A stretch of DNA of 37,818 nt from an uncultured Dehalococcoidales bacterium (GCA_964595695.1 CAZQRE010000001.1:1-37818); one strand, 5' to 3'; shown: positions 25,500 to 33,991, numbered from the stretch's first letter. The notes: a model not told the origin generated them from the letters alone. Numbers and translations: made by a program.

Positions 25500-25571
25500 T
25501 GGCGGAGAGTTCGGGAGTTTAACCCGACTACATGGATTTAGAGTCCACGTGGTCCTGCCGACCAACCCTCC
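25500..25571 (-). tRNA. pylT: tRNA-Pyl (anticodon CUA)
   Basis: Minus strand: GGAGGGT T GGTC GGCAG GACC A CGTGGA CUCUAAA UCCAUG UAG UCGGG UUAAACU CCCGA ACUCUCC G CCA. It shows the tRNA-Pyl hallmarks: one base between acceptor and D stems, a 5 nt D-loop, a 6 bp anticodon stem, a 3 nt variable loop and no TPsiC sequence. Confidence 0.9.
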
Positions 25572-25632
25572 ATAAAGGCTGAGAACACTTACTTTCCCCC
25601 GGACACTTAACCCATCGTGTCTCCTATCTTCG

Positions 25633-25666
25633 ATATCTCACCGAAGAGTCACTACATTGGCTCCAG
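25633..25666 (-). repeat. short relic copy of a pylB internal segment
   Basis: GTCACTACATTGGCTCCAG (25648-25666) is identical to 28748-28766 inside pylB. Flanking similarity is CGAAG(AG)TC versus CGAAGTC. Confidence 0.8.
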
Positions 25667-25698
25667 TAGTATGCAAGTTCCCCCCAGCCGGCTCGTCG

Positions 25699-26382
25699 TT
25701 ATTTCGGCCTTTGAATGGCTCTCAGCGCTCGGCGCAATATATCCAGCCAGGGTTCTACCGTTTCGGCTCTAAGGTGTTCGTAGTCCTTTGCCAACGATGC
25801 ATCTGCCACCGTCAGGTAGACCCTAGCCACTTCCGGGCTATCAAATCCCCCGCCTAGCTTATCCCCTAAAACCCTTTTTAACGAAGGGTAAAGCTTTTGG
25901 TACGGTTCCAGAAGTCCCATAATTTCGAAAATGTTACCCTCCATTTCCTCCAGGCGCGGAAAGGGTTCGCTCAAAAGCCTTTCCAAAACACGAAAATGCT
26001 CAGACAATGAACCCAGCCCACCCTGTAAGTAAGTACTGACTGCCTCCGAATCAACACTCATACAATCTATGACAGCCAGTTGGCAGTCGTCAACTGCATA
26101 AATGCTGTAACCTTCGTCACCAACTTTTAATTCTAGCTCATTTTTCACGAAATTGTGGAGAGCATCTCCCGTGACTCCGGAAGACATCTTCCCAATCATC
26201 CGTATCAACTCCCCGCTGGATTCCAGTGGAAGTTCAGCCGGAGCCTTTTCGTCAGTCTTCAAGCGGTATAGCTCGGCGTAGAAATGGCACCGCACGACTA
26301 AAGGCCGGGCCATGCTCCCGTAGGTACCAGGGTCCCAAACCTTTAACACCAGCGTGTCACCCGGCGAGCTTTCGCAGTTCAT
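25699..26382 (-). CDS. hypothetical protein, family not recognised
   Basis: 227 aa ORF with an ATGA overlap to the upstream VWA gene. No motif was recognised. Confidence 0.5.
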   Translation of the reverse strand: MNCESSPGDTLVLKVWDPGTYGSMARPLVVRCHFYAELYRLKTDEKAPAELPLESSGELIRMIGKMSSGVTGDALHNFVKNELELKVGDEGYSIYAVDDCQLAVIDCMSVDSEAVSTYLQGGLGSLSEHFRVLERLLSEPFPRLEEMEGNIFEIMGLLEPYQKLYPSLKRVLGDKLGGGFDSPEVARVYLTVADASLAKDYEHLRAETVEPWLDILRRALRAIQRPK

Positions 26383-27554
26383 CGTTCATACCCCTGTAAG
26401 CGGATGACCCTTCCGAATGGCGGCTCAAGGTAGGAATTCATAACCCAGATGACATCAAAGGGTTGATTCGAGTCCGGGTATTTCCCGTCTCCGTCCGTCA
26501 GGTAGACCAGCACCTCAGGCGGGTCATCATCTATCTTGCTGAAAACAGGACGGAAGTCGGTACCACCACCACCACTGAGGCACTTCAGGAAGGGCTCAAA
26601 ATCCGAATCATGCACCGCCATCATATCGGCATGAACGGCGGCATCGCAAGCTAAAAGCCTGGCCTGGAACGAGCTGAAGGACTGGAGGATGTTTCTCATC
26701 TCCGCCAAAAACTCGTCAAGCTGCTCATCACTCACGCTTCCCGAGGTGTCCACAGCCACCGCTATTTTTAACATTTCGGACTTAGAAGATGGATAGTATA
26801 CCCCATATTGAAGCAATCGCTTATCGGGTCTCATCCAATCGTAGTCATCGCTGGAGCGCTGCTTAATATACTGATGCAAAAGCTGATGCCAATTCAACCG
26901 AGGGTAAGCAAGTTCCCCAACTACCCGGGCAATGCCCAAGGGGAACATACCCTGATGTTTTGCCACCGCCGCCGCTTCAATCGCCCTCTGTTTCCACAAC
27001 TCCTCATCTTTACTAGCTTCAGCAGACTTATCCAATGCCTCCCTTGGTCGACTATCCGGTTGGTTGACCTTATCCCCACCCCCTTCTTCAGTGTTGTCCC
27101 ACACACCATGGTCATCCACGGTGTCTCCTTCACCACCAAGCAGGTTATCTTCGCTCAGTAGCTCATTGTAAATCTGCTCGGCGCTTTTGTTTTCAAACTC
27201 TTTTTTGTACAATATCCCCTCAGGCAAACGGAACTGGTCTTTCAAAATGGCGTTAATCGCATAGTCCGCCGCCATGTTCCACAGCCTTTTTGCTCGAGAG
27301 CCTCGTCTCCAAATGTGTCCTAGCGCCAGATGCATCACCTCGTGGGCAAAGACCCCCTCAATCTCCTCATCTTCCAGTCTATCTATCTTTTCCGGAAAAT
27401 AGTATAGGCGAATACCATCAGTCCCGGTTGGATATTCGCTCTCATGCTCCCTCAGCTCAAGATAGCTGGCGAGATAGCCAAAAAAGGGGTTCTTCAGCAG
27501 TAGCTGAACCCTGGCTCTAATTACCCTTCTCCTGACGCTCTTAGAATCACTCAT
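26379..27554 (-). CDS. VWA-domain protein with an N-terminal HExxH metallopeptidase-like domain (DUF2201-like)
   Basis: HEVMHLALGH motif in the N-terminal half and a MIDAS-like DTSGS (AVAVDTSGSV) in the C-terminal half. ATGA overlap with the AAA+ gene. Confidence 0.7.
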   Translation of the reverse strand: MSDSKSVRRRVIRARVQLLLKNPFFGYLASYLELREHESEYPTGTDGIRLYYFPEKIDRLEDEEIEGVFAHEVMHLALGHIWRRGSRAKRLWNMAADYAINAILKDQFRLPEGILYKKEFENKSAEQIYNELLSEDNLLGGEGDTVDDHGVWDNTEEGGGDKVNQPDSRPREALDKSAEASKDEELWKQRAIEAAAVAKHQGMFPLGIARVVGELAYPRLNWHQLLHQYIKQRSSDDYDWMRPDKRLLQYGVYYPSSKSEMLKIAVAVDTSGSVSDEQLDEFLAEMRNILQSFSSFQARLLACDAAVHADMMAVHDSDFEPFLKCLSGGGGTDFRPVFSKIDDDPPEVLVYLTDGDGKYPDSNQPFDVIWVMNSYLEPPFGRVIRLQGYER

Positions 27555-28555
27555 AGAATCAAATCCCGGTGCTTTTCGGCAAAATAAACAAATTCCTGTG
27601 TTTCTCTAACCGGTAACTCCGCTCTGATAGCATCCCTTACCAGCAGCACGGAAAATTCCTCAGGTAAGAGACAGGCGTATTCTATAACCCTGGCAGTTTT
27701 CTCCCTGTCCTCGCGGGCATAACAAACCAGGGCCGATACCAGAGAGTAGAGCAGGTCCGGACTCTGTGGAACCAGGTCCTCTCCGTTGAGAATCATCCTT
27801 GCATCCGGAAGCCGCTCTGTTGCCCGCAGGTAAGCTACGAATTCAGTGGCCGCACCCACGCCGATAGCACCGGCTACATCCGTTTTGCTATCAAGCCCTA
27901 TAGCCAAAATCTCGGAGACCCTCTCCCAACTTCGAGGCGTGGGAAAGGCGTGTTCCATCTTCACCGGGTCGAAGCGAAACAGTAGGTCAGGTTTAAAGCT
28001 CAAAAAACCTATTATCCTGGGGTCAATTTGATTTACATACGCCCACTTTTTCCAGTCATCAAGATTCGTTTCAACTTCCCAATGGATAAACCGATTCGCT
28101 AACGGGGCCGGCATCGGCACGGTGTAGGCCCTGTCGGTGGACTTATTTCCCGCCGCCACCACCATCCACCCATCTGGCAACACATACTCCCCAACTCTGC
28201 GGTCCAAAATAAGCTGATACGCAGCCGACTGCACTGAATGAGGCGCCAGGTTCAACTCGTCCAGGAACAAAATACCCTTTCCACTTTGCGGCAAGAAGCA
28301 GGGTGGCGACCACCTGACCGTTCCCCCATCAAACCTGGGCAGCCCCCTTAGGTCAACCGGGTCAAGCAAGGTCAACCGCAAATCCTCAAAATCTATTCCC
28401 TCCTCCTCACAGATTTGCTTGATGATGTCAGACTTACCTATCCCTGTGGAGCCCCATAAAAAGACCGGCGGAGGGTGTATTCCTGCCTCGAGGCAAAAAC
28501 TCACCATATGCCTGAGCACCTCTTTAGCTTCGTTAATGGTTTTGGTGGCGAGCAT
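27551..28555 (-). CDS. MoxR/AAA_5-type AAA+ ATPase
   Basis: Walker A motif GSTGIGKS and Walker B motif ILFLDELN; 334 aa. It starts 2 nt after the pylB stop. Confidence 0.8.
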   Translation of the reverse strand: MLATKTINEAKEVLRHMVSFCLEAGIHPPPVFLWGSTGIGKSDIIKQICEEEGIDFEDLRLTLLDPVDLRGLPRFDGGTVRWSPPCFLPQSGKGILFLDELNLAPHSVQSAAYQLILDRRVGEYVLPDGWMVVAAGNKSTDRAYTVPMPAPLANRFIHWEVETNLDDWKKWAYVNQIDPRIIGFLSFKPDLLFRFDPVKMEHAFPTPRSWERVSEILAIGLDSKTDVAGAIGVGAATEFVAYLRATERLPDARMILNGEDLVPQSPDLLYSLVSALVCYAREDREKTARVIEYACLLPEEFSVLLVRDAIRAELPVRETQEFVYFAEKHRDLIL

Positions 28556-28557
28556 CT

Positions 28558-29676
28558 TTATGACCTCTTCTTTTTACTCAGCCGCTTTTCCTTTTTAATC
28601 CACTGTTGGTACACTGATACCGGGGCTACCCTCAGACCCAGCCGTTCAATCACCGGGGTCACCACCGACACCGTCCGCAGCCCGTCTTCAATACCTAACT
28701 GAGACCTGGATACCCCCGCCAGTCCATACCGCGGTGGTATCATCGAAGTCACTACATTGGCTCCAGCATTCAATCGAGCCTCAAGACCCTGAACACCATC
28801 CACATCCAGCGAGGCTGGTATCAGCCGCTCGGGAAAGCAAATACGAAAGGTGGCAATAGTTCGTAATTCATTCAGTGAATCCGGTGCTGGCCAATTAGCC
28901 ATCGGGGTGCCACGCTGAGGTCTGAAGGTCATCGCCCGCACCTGGCTGGGGCAAAGGCTTTCTATGGCTTTTACTGCCAATGCTCCGTCAGCGGGGCTGT
29001 CTCCTACCCCTAGCAGCAGCCCCTCTTCAATAAGCAATCCGACCTGGCGGGCATTCACCTTAGCTGCCAGACGTCTATCAAAATCTTGCTCTATACGCAA
29101 GCGGGCAAAAAGACTTTCATTAAAGGTTTCCTGGTAACAGGCATACCAATCCACCCCGAGGCGGGCAATTTCAACCAGGGTTCCTGGTGTTAAAACGCCG
29201 GGGGAAACCATAACTGATAACGGGACAGCTTCGCGCACCTCATACACCATTTCCAGAAGCCTCCCCCCACCCCCCTCCAGGTAGTAAGGGTCTTCTCCCA
29301 TGGTCAAATCCAGCAGGTGAACCCCATCGGCGGCTAATGCCCGGGCGATATCGAGTATGACCTTTATATTTTTGCGGTAACGAGGCGAGGCGCTGTTGCC
29401 CTCCCGATAAAGACAAAAATTGCAGTGGTTTTGGCAGTAGGTGGATAGATAAACAAAACCGTAAAGGAAGACCTCCTCCCCGAAGACGCGCTCCCTGAGT
29501 GCCCGGGCGGTGGCAAAGAGGCTATCCAGGGGTTTACCCGGTGGTGTGGCTAAAAGCGAAGTCACCTCTACCTCATCCAGGGGCTGCCCGCACCAGGCCT
29601 TTTCTAAAATGGGTTCAAGAGTTTTCATGGTTTTGAGCACCTGCTCCAAACCTTGCCTCCGCCACTGGCTAGGCAA
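28558..29676 (-). CDS. pylB: radical SAM methylornithine synthase
   Basis: CxxxCxxC motif (CQNHCNFCLY), BioB-like size, and the pyl context. The start is ambiguous between TTG 29676 and ATG 29628. Confidence 0.8.
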   Translation of the reverse strand: MPSQWRRQGLEQVLKTMKTLEPILEKAWCGQPLDEVEVTSLLATPPGKPLDSLFATARALRERVFGEEVFLYGFVYLSTYCQNHCNFCLYREGNSASPRYRKNIKVILDIARALAADGVHLLDLTMGEDPYYLEGGGGRLLEMVYEVREAVPLSVMVSPGVLTPGTLVEIARLGVDWYACYQETFNESLFARLRIEQDFDRRLAAKVNARQVGLLIEEGLLLGVGDSPADGALAVKAIESLCPSQVRAMTFRPQRGTPMANWPAPDSLNELRTIATFRICFPERLIPASLDVDGVQGLEARLNAGANVVTSMIPPRYGLAGVSRSQLGIEDGLRTVSVVTPVIERLGLRVAPVSVYQQWIKKEKRLSKKKRS

Positions 29677-29735
29677 AAGAAACTATAGATATAAAACCTT
29701 GTCTGAGTTTACCAATTACGAGCCGCTGAAATAAT

Positions 29736-29767
29736 AGTATTAACTCAATTAAAAGTTGAGTAATACT
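29736..29767. promoter_or_regulatory. AT-rich 12 bp-stem palindrome upstream of pylB
   Basis: AGTATTAACTCAA ttaaaa GTTGAGTAATACT with one bulged base. It lies between the mtmB terminator and the pylB start. Confidence 0.45.
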
Positions 29768-29777
29768 CGCTACCCTA

Positions 29778-29817
29778 AACACATTCGCCCACCGCCCCAG
29801 AAGGGACGGTGGGCGAA
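29778..29817 (-). terminator. intrinsic terminator after mtmB
   Basis: Minus strand: TTCGCCCACCG, a 12 nt loop, CGGTGGGCGAA, then TGTGTTT. Confidence 0.7.
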
Positions 29818-29840
29818 ATCTCAAATCAAGAGCAAGCTTT

Positions 29841-31232
29841 TTATAGCTTAAACTTGAACCCGCACCCCTCCATGGTCTTTAAGGCTTTACCCATTACCTG
29901 GATATACTCATCCGAAGGCGACAGGGTAGCTACATTGTAGCACTCCTGGAAGGTCTTGCCCTTTGGTGCCGTCTTGAAGTTCTTCTCGTAGAGAGACACC
30001 AGCTTGTCCAGCATGGGGTTAACCTTTTCCAGCTCCAGCCCGGCGACTGCTCGGCTTGCATAAGCCATAAAGCGTGATTCCATGGCAGTGGTGTAGTCCA
30101 TGGCAACACCTTTTGCCGAGGCACAACCACTAATAATCTCACGCCCGCTGGCAGTATCCGTAACCGCCTGAGCCGCTGCCTCCAGCAAGCACATCTCAGT
30201 GCATGGGCCGGCTGAGGTATAGTACTGGTTACCCAAAAGTAGATGGGTATTGCGATCCAGAGCCCGACCACAGTAGCCGGCAACCATCAACACCTCTCTA
30301 GCTGTTGTGTTGCCCCAGCGTACATGAATCGGTCCGTCCAGATGCCAGTCAGCGCCCACCAATATGAAAGCTCCCAAACTGGTGGCTACATCAATGATAG
30401 TGGTCTCCTCGATCCCTCCTGCCCAGCCACCAAAGATGGGCATCTGCTCACTCATAATGATGGAACCGTCCAACTTGTAATGGGCGGTGAAGGTAAGGGC
30501 ATTAATGTCAATCTTGAGCTCATTAAGCTGACTTACCTCGTGGCTATCACTTGTCCTCATACCGCCCGGAAAATCAGCAGCTAAAACGCCAGCCGCCGTT
30601 AGCGAAGTTTCATTCCCCTACATCGCCATCCCGGGACGACCAGCCCGCATCTGTGCCATCCGGATTCCGTATGCTTCCTGTTTGACAGCAGCTATCTCAT
30701 ACGGGGAGCCAGGCTTGGGTTCGTGCCCGTTCCAGGTAGCCACAACACCGTCAACGATGGAATCTACCAAGGGCTCCCGGGCATACGACTCCATCATCGG
30801 GATAAAGATGTTCTCCGATACCGGAGCCCCGGTCGGACCACCCTGATTCAGCGGTTGGCGGGGGTCATCAAATTTCCGCATCTTTAGCTGCACCGAATCC
30901 TTACCCTCACCCAGCGTGAGGCAGTCAGGAGCCGCCGCTACCGCCATCATAACCTCGTCCTCGGTGTACTTACACACACGACAGGTATCCATGTTGAAAT
31001 AGCCCTGTGTTACGAGCATTTCAACACCGGCACGGAACAAACGGTCTATCAGGTCATTGTCAGTCGGGACTATCTTGCTCCTGTCAAATTGAAGCTTATA
31101 CTTCTCCTTCAATGCGTGTGCCGTTTTGAAGGTGAGTACTTCATCCCACTCTTTCTCTGTCATCCTAGGGCCGGTGCGCATTCGGTCGTAGGTCTCAAAC
31201 ACGCCAACCTTTTCCCTAAAAGTAGTAGCCAT
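29841..31232 (-). CDS. mtmB: monomethylamine:corrinoid methyltransferase with an in-frame UAG (pyrrolysine) codon at 30618-30620
   Basis: The track ORFs 30618-31232 and 29841-30560 are in one frame with no other stop between them. The junction reads AGRPGMAM-(UAG)-GNETSLTAAGVLAADFPGGMRTSDSHEVSQLNELKID. Methanosarcina MtmB reads AGRPGMGV-O-GPETSLSAQGNISADCTGGMTCTDSHEVSQLNELKID. The amber codon is codon 205. Confidence 0.9.
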
Positions 31233-31316
31233 TTATTTTCCTCCTTTTAATCTTTCTGGCTGGCCACACCGCAAAGGCCTTTTATCTTCCCCCCCTTCCC
31301 TTTTATTATCCCATTA

Positions 31317-31955
31317 TTATCCCATTAGTTTCCTGGCTACCGTCACCGCCTCGGCCCCATTCTCAGCCCAACCATCAGCGCCAATCTGTTTTATCCACTC
31401 CGGAGTCGTAGGTGCCCCGCCAAACATGCACTTGAATTTGTCGCGGATACCTCGCTCCTTAAGGGCGTTAACAATCTCACGCTGGGAAAACATGGTCGTG
31501 CTCATGAGAGCTGAGCCAGTAATCATGTCGACCTTCTCCGCGACGGCAACATCAACCACGTGCTCTATGGGAACATCACGACCCAGGTCCAGCGTCTCAA
31601 ATCCGCTGGCACCCAACAGGATTTTCACGATATTTTTACCAATATCATGGATATCCCCTTCTACGGTATGAACGATGACCTTGCCTTTGGATTTGTAGCC
31701 TCCCTTAACAAGGGGCTTCAGGATTTCCACCGCTTCGGTAAAGGCTTCAGCTGAAATAATAATCTGGGGAACAAAGACCTCCGCCTTATCAAACAAATCG
31801 CTGATGACATTCATACCCGCCCCCAAACCCTCGTTAATGCACTTAAGGGGGTCCACATTCTCAGACGCAGCCTGTTTGGCGGCAGCCTTAGCCCCATCTA
31901 CATCCTGTTCAACAACAGCCTTCTTTAACTTTTCCAGAATTTCCTTCTCGGGCAT
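31317..31955 (-). CDS. mtmC: monomethylamine corrinoid protein
   Basis: 212 aa with the DxHxxG motif (GDIHDIGKN), immediately upstream of mtmB. Confidence 0.85.
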   Translation of the reverse strand: MPEKEILEKLKKAVVEQDVDGAKAAAKQAASENVDPLKCINEGLGAGMNVISDLFDKAEVFVPQIIISAEAFTEAVEILKPLVKGGYKSKGKVIVHTVEGDIHDIGKNIVKILLGASGFETLDLGRDVPIEHVVDVAVAEKVDMITGSALMSTTMFSQREIVNALKERGIRDKFKCMFGGAPTTPEWIKQIGADGWAENGAEAVTVARKLMG

Positions 31956-31984
31956 CTCTATCGAGCCTCCTTTCGTTACTTTGG

Positions 31985-32018
31985 GTACTACTAGAAACTA
32001 AGTACGACTAGAAACTAA
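31985..32018. repeat. tandem 17 bp repeat GTACNACTAGAAACTAA x2 in the mtmC leader
   Basis: Units at 31985-32001 and 32002-32018 differ at one base. They sit between two Shine-Dalgarno-like AAAGGAGG boxes on the minus strand. Confidence 0.9.
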
Positions 32019-32122
32019 ACTGATAGAGCCACCTCCTTTCCTTTTTTTAATGCCCCCTGCTCAGGGGCCCCAACGTCCTTTTTGCTTCATTCAGCCAGCA
32101 AAAAGGACTAAAAATAAATTCA

Positions 32123-33307
32123 TTAATACGGTTCCGCCCTGCCGGGCTCCACAGCGAAGACCTCGGAATCGTCCACAGCCAGCGCCGGTCGCGTGCGGCA
32201 CAAAAGTCCAGTGACACCACCGAGTACCAGACCAATCGCCATAACGCCGACCAAAGCCCAGACCTGCACAATGCCGGCGAAGAAGACAGCAGCCACGAGA
32301 GCGCCAAAAATACCACCGACCCCGTGCAGGTTGTGCACCCCCATCATATCTTTCACACCAAAGATTTTTTCGGTAACAGGCTGCAAGTATTTAAATGATA
32401 AGACTGATATGACACCTGCCGCCACACCAATGGCAAGCCCTGTCCATGGTCCGACCAGGTCAGCCGTTGAACCAATGGCAACCAGTCCGCACAACATAGC
32501 ATAGGTGTAAATCAGGGGGTCAACCTTTTTGTCTATGACCCACAGCAATACATAACTAATGAATGCCGAACCAAACCCAGCCATGTAGGTGGTTATGAGT
32601 ACACGAATCGTATCTTCCGGTGCCACCAAGACTGTAATAAAGGATGGCCACAATACAAATAGCAGCATCGCCGCCAGCCAGACGAAGCTCACACTGTGGG
32701 TGGTGGTGTCCATCGGCGCCGTTAGAGCTGACTTACTCCGAATGGTTAGAATCATCCCCCAGCCAAAGTAAGCTGCCAACACGTGTACCAGAATGGAGCC
32801 CCCAACGTCCATTACGCCTGCCAGGTAGAAAAACATATACCACTCCACGAGCAGAAAAGCGAAGGGGAAGATCAACGCCATGATAACATAGTGACCATGC
32901 TTTACCTGCCCCAATGGCACCCCGATGGCTATCACCAGCGTTATCGACATAACGATAGCAACTGCCAGAAAGTCAATGTTCCACATTGCATACCCTGGCG
33001 CACTCTCAAACAGTCCTGCGAAAACAACAGTTTTGAGAAAAGCATACCACGGTAAGCTAAGCGTCAGCGTGACCATAGTTGCCAGGCAGACTATCCACTC
33101 CATCCTCTTAACAAACAGCATCAAAAAGGCAACTAGCATGTACATAAAGAAGATATCTAGTGTCCTTTTGTACTGCCACATGTCAAACATAGTTTCGTCT
33201 GTAATTTCCTGAGCTAGAGTACTAACTGGCTGGACTATCAGCGCTATCACTGTTGCCGCTACTAACAATCCAATCCATAATACTTTCCGTGATTTCAGCA
33301 ATTTCAT
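32123..33307 (-). CDS. Rh-type (Rh50-like) ammonium/methylammonium transporter
   Basis: 394 aa polytopic protein. DVGGSILVHVLAAYFGWG and GVHNLHGVGGIFGAL match Rh-family signatures as I recall them (D-GGS-x-HxFGAYFGL; GVHNLHG-PG). Confidence 0.7.
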   Translation of the reverse strand: MKLLKSRKVLWIGLLVAATVIALIVQPVSTLAQEITDETMFDMWQYKRTLDIFFMYMLVAFLMLFVKRMEWIVCLATMVTLTLSLPWYAFLKTVVFAGLFESAPGYAMWNIDFLAVAIVMSITLVIAIGVPLGQVKHGHYVIMALIFPFAFLLVEWYMFFYLAGVMDVGGSILVHVLAAYFGWGMILTIRSKSALTAPMDTTTHSVSFVWLAAMLLFVLWPSFITVLVAPEDTIRVLITTYMAGFGSAFISYVLLWVIDKKVDPLIYTYAMLCGLVAIGSTADLVGPWTGLAIGVAAGVISVLSFKYLQPVTEKIFGVKDMMGVHNLHGVGGIFGALVAAVFFAGIVQVWALVGVMAIGLVLGGVTGLLCRTRPALAVDDSEVFAVEPGRAEPY

Positions 33308-33458
33308 ATCACCTCCGTCTAATATCTATAGATTTTTATTCCGACGATTCAGCTAATTATATAAATTTCATAATCACCCCCTCCCTTGTGGATAAATTTC
33401 GAGGAGTTTTCAAGGAGTTATCAAATTTATAAATAAATATAAAACAACTTAACATCAT

Positions 33459-33487
33459 AAAATAAACCGAAAACTAAACTTTGTCAA
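33459..33487 (-). promoter_or_regulatory. candidate promoter P1 upstream of the Rh-mtmCB genes
   Basis: Minus strand reads TTGACA (33487-33482), a 17 nt spacer, then TATTTT (33464-33459). Confidence 0.4.
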
Positions 33488-33576
33488 GTAACCCGTAATT
33501 TATGTTCAAAAAATTCATATCAGCTCTCTCTTGCCCATAGATTCCAACGAGTTATCAAATTTATAGGTAACTAAAA

Positions 33577-33605
33577 ATTTTAAAACAAACCAACCATTTT
33601 GTCAA
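33577..33605 (-). promoter_or_regulatory. candidate promoter P2 upstream of the Rh-mtmCB genes
   Basis: Minus strand reads TTGACA (33605-33600), a 17 nt spacer, then TAAAAT (33582-33577). Confidence 0.45.
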
Positions 33606-33828
33606 GTAGGAGAGGGCTTTTTCCAGATAACTCCAGCCCATTTAGTCCACAGGCATTTTCTGTCCCACATCACCACCTGAAGGCGACTATGATGGTTTTG
33701 CCGGTGACTCCGTTGCCGCCGGCAATGGATATTATCGTCTTATCCTCTAACCATCCTTGCCCCGCAGTTAAAGCAAAGACAATTGTTGTTAAACAGCCCC
33801 TTTTATTGCTATAATATTTTTGGTAAAT

Positions 33829-33904
33829 GGGGCTGTAGCTTAGCTGGGAGAGCGCCTCCCTTGCACGGAGGAGGTCGGGGGTTCGAGTCCCCCCAGCTCC
33901 ACCA
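33829..33904 (+). tRNA. tRNA-Ala (UGC), CCA encoded
   Basis: GGGGCTG acceptor stem with the G3:U70 identity pair. Anticodon arm CCTCC CTTGCAC GGAGG and T-arm TCGGGGGTTCGAGTCCCCC. TATAAT at 33810-33815 lies upstream. Confidence 0.9.
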
Positions 33905-33991
33905 ACGGAAATTTTTCCACACCAGGGCGTGGAAGTCTTCCTTGAGTTATCGATTGCTGGTCTTTGCTGAGGTTGCGCGGACACACACAGC

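Noticed and set aside
30540-30617. PYLIS-like stem-loop immediately 3' of the mtmB UAG
   Set aside because: Only a weak, bulged hairpin can be drawn (GCTAACG ... CGTTTTAGC, about 30575-30600). That is not enough to claim a recoding element without folding and covariation analysis.
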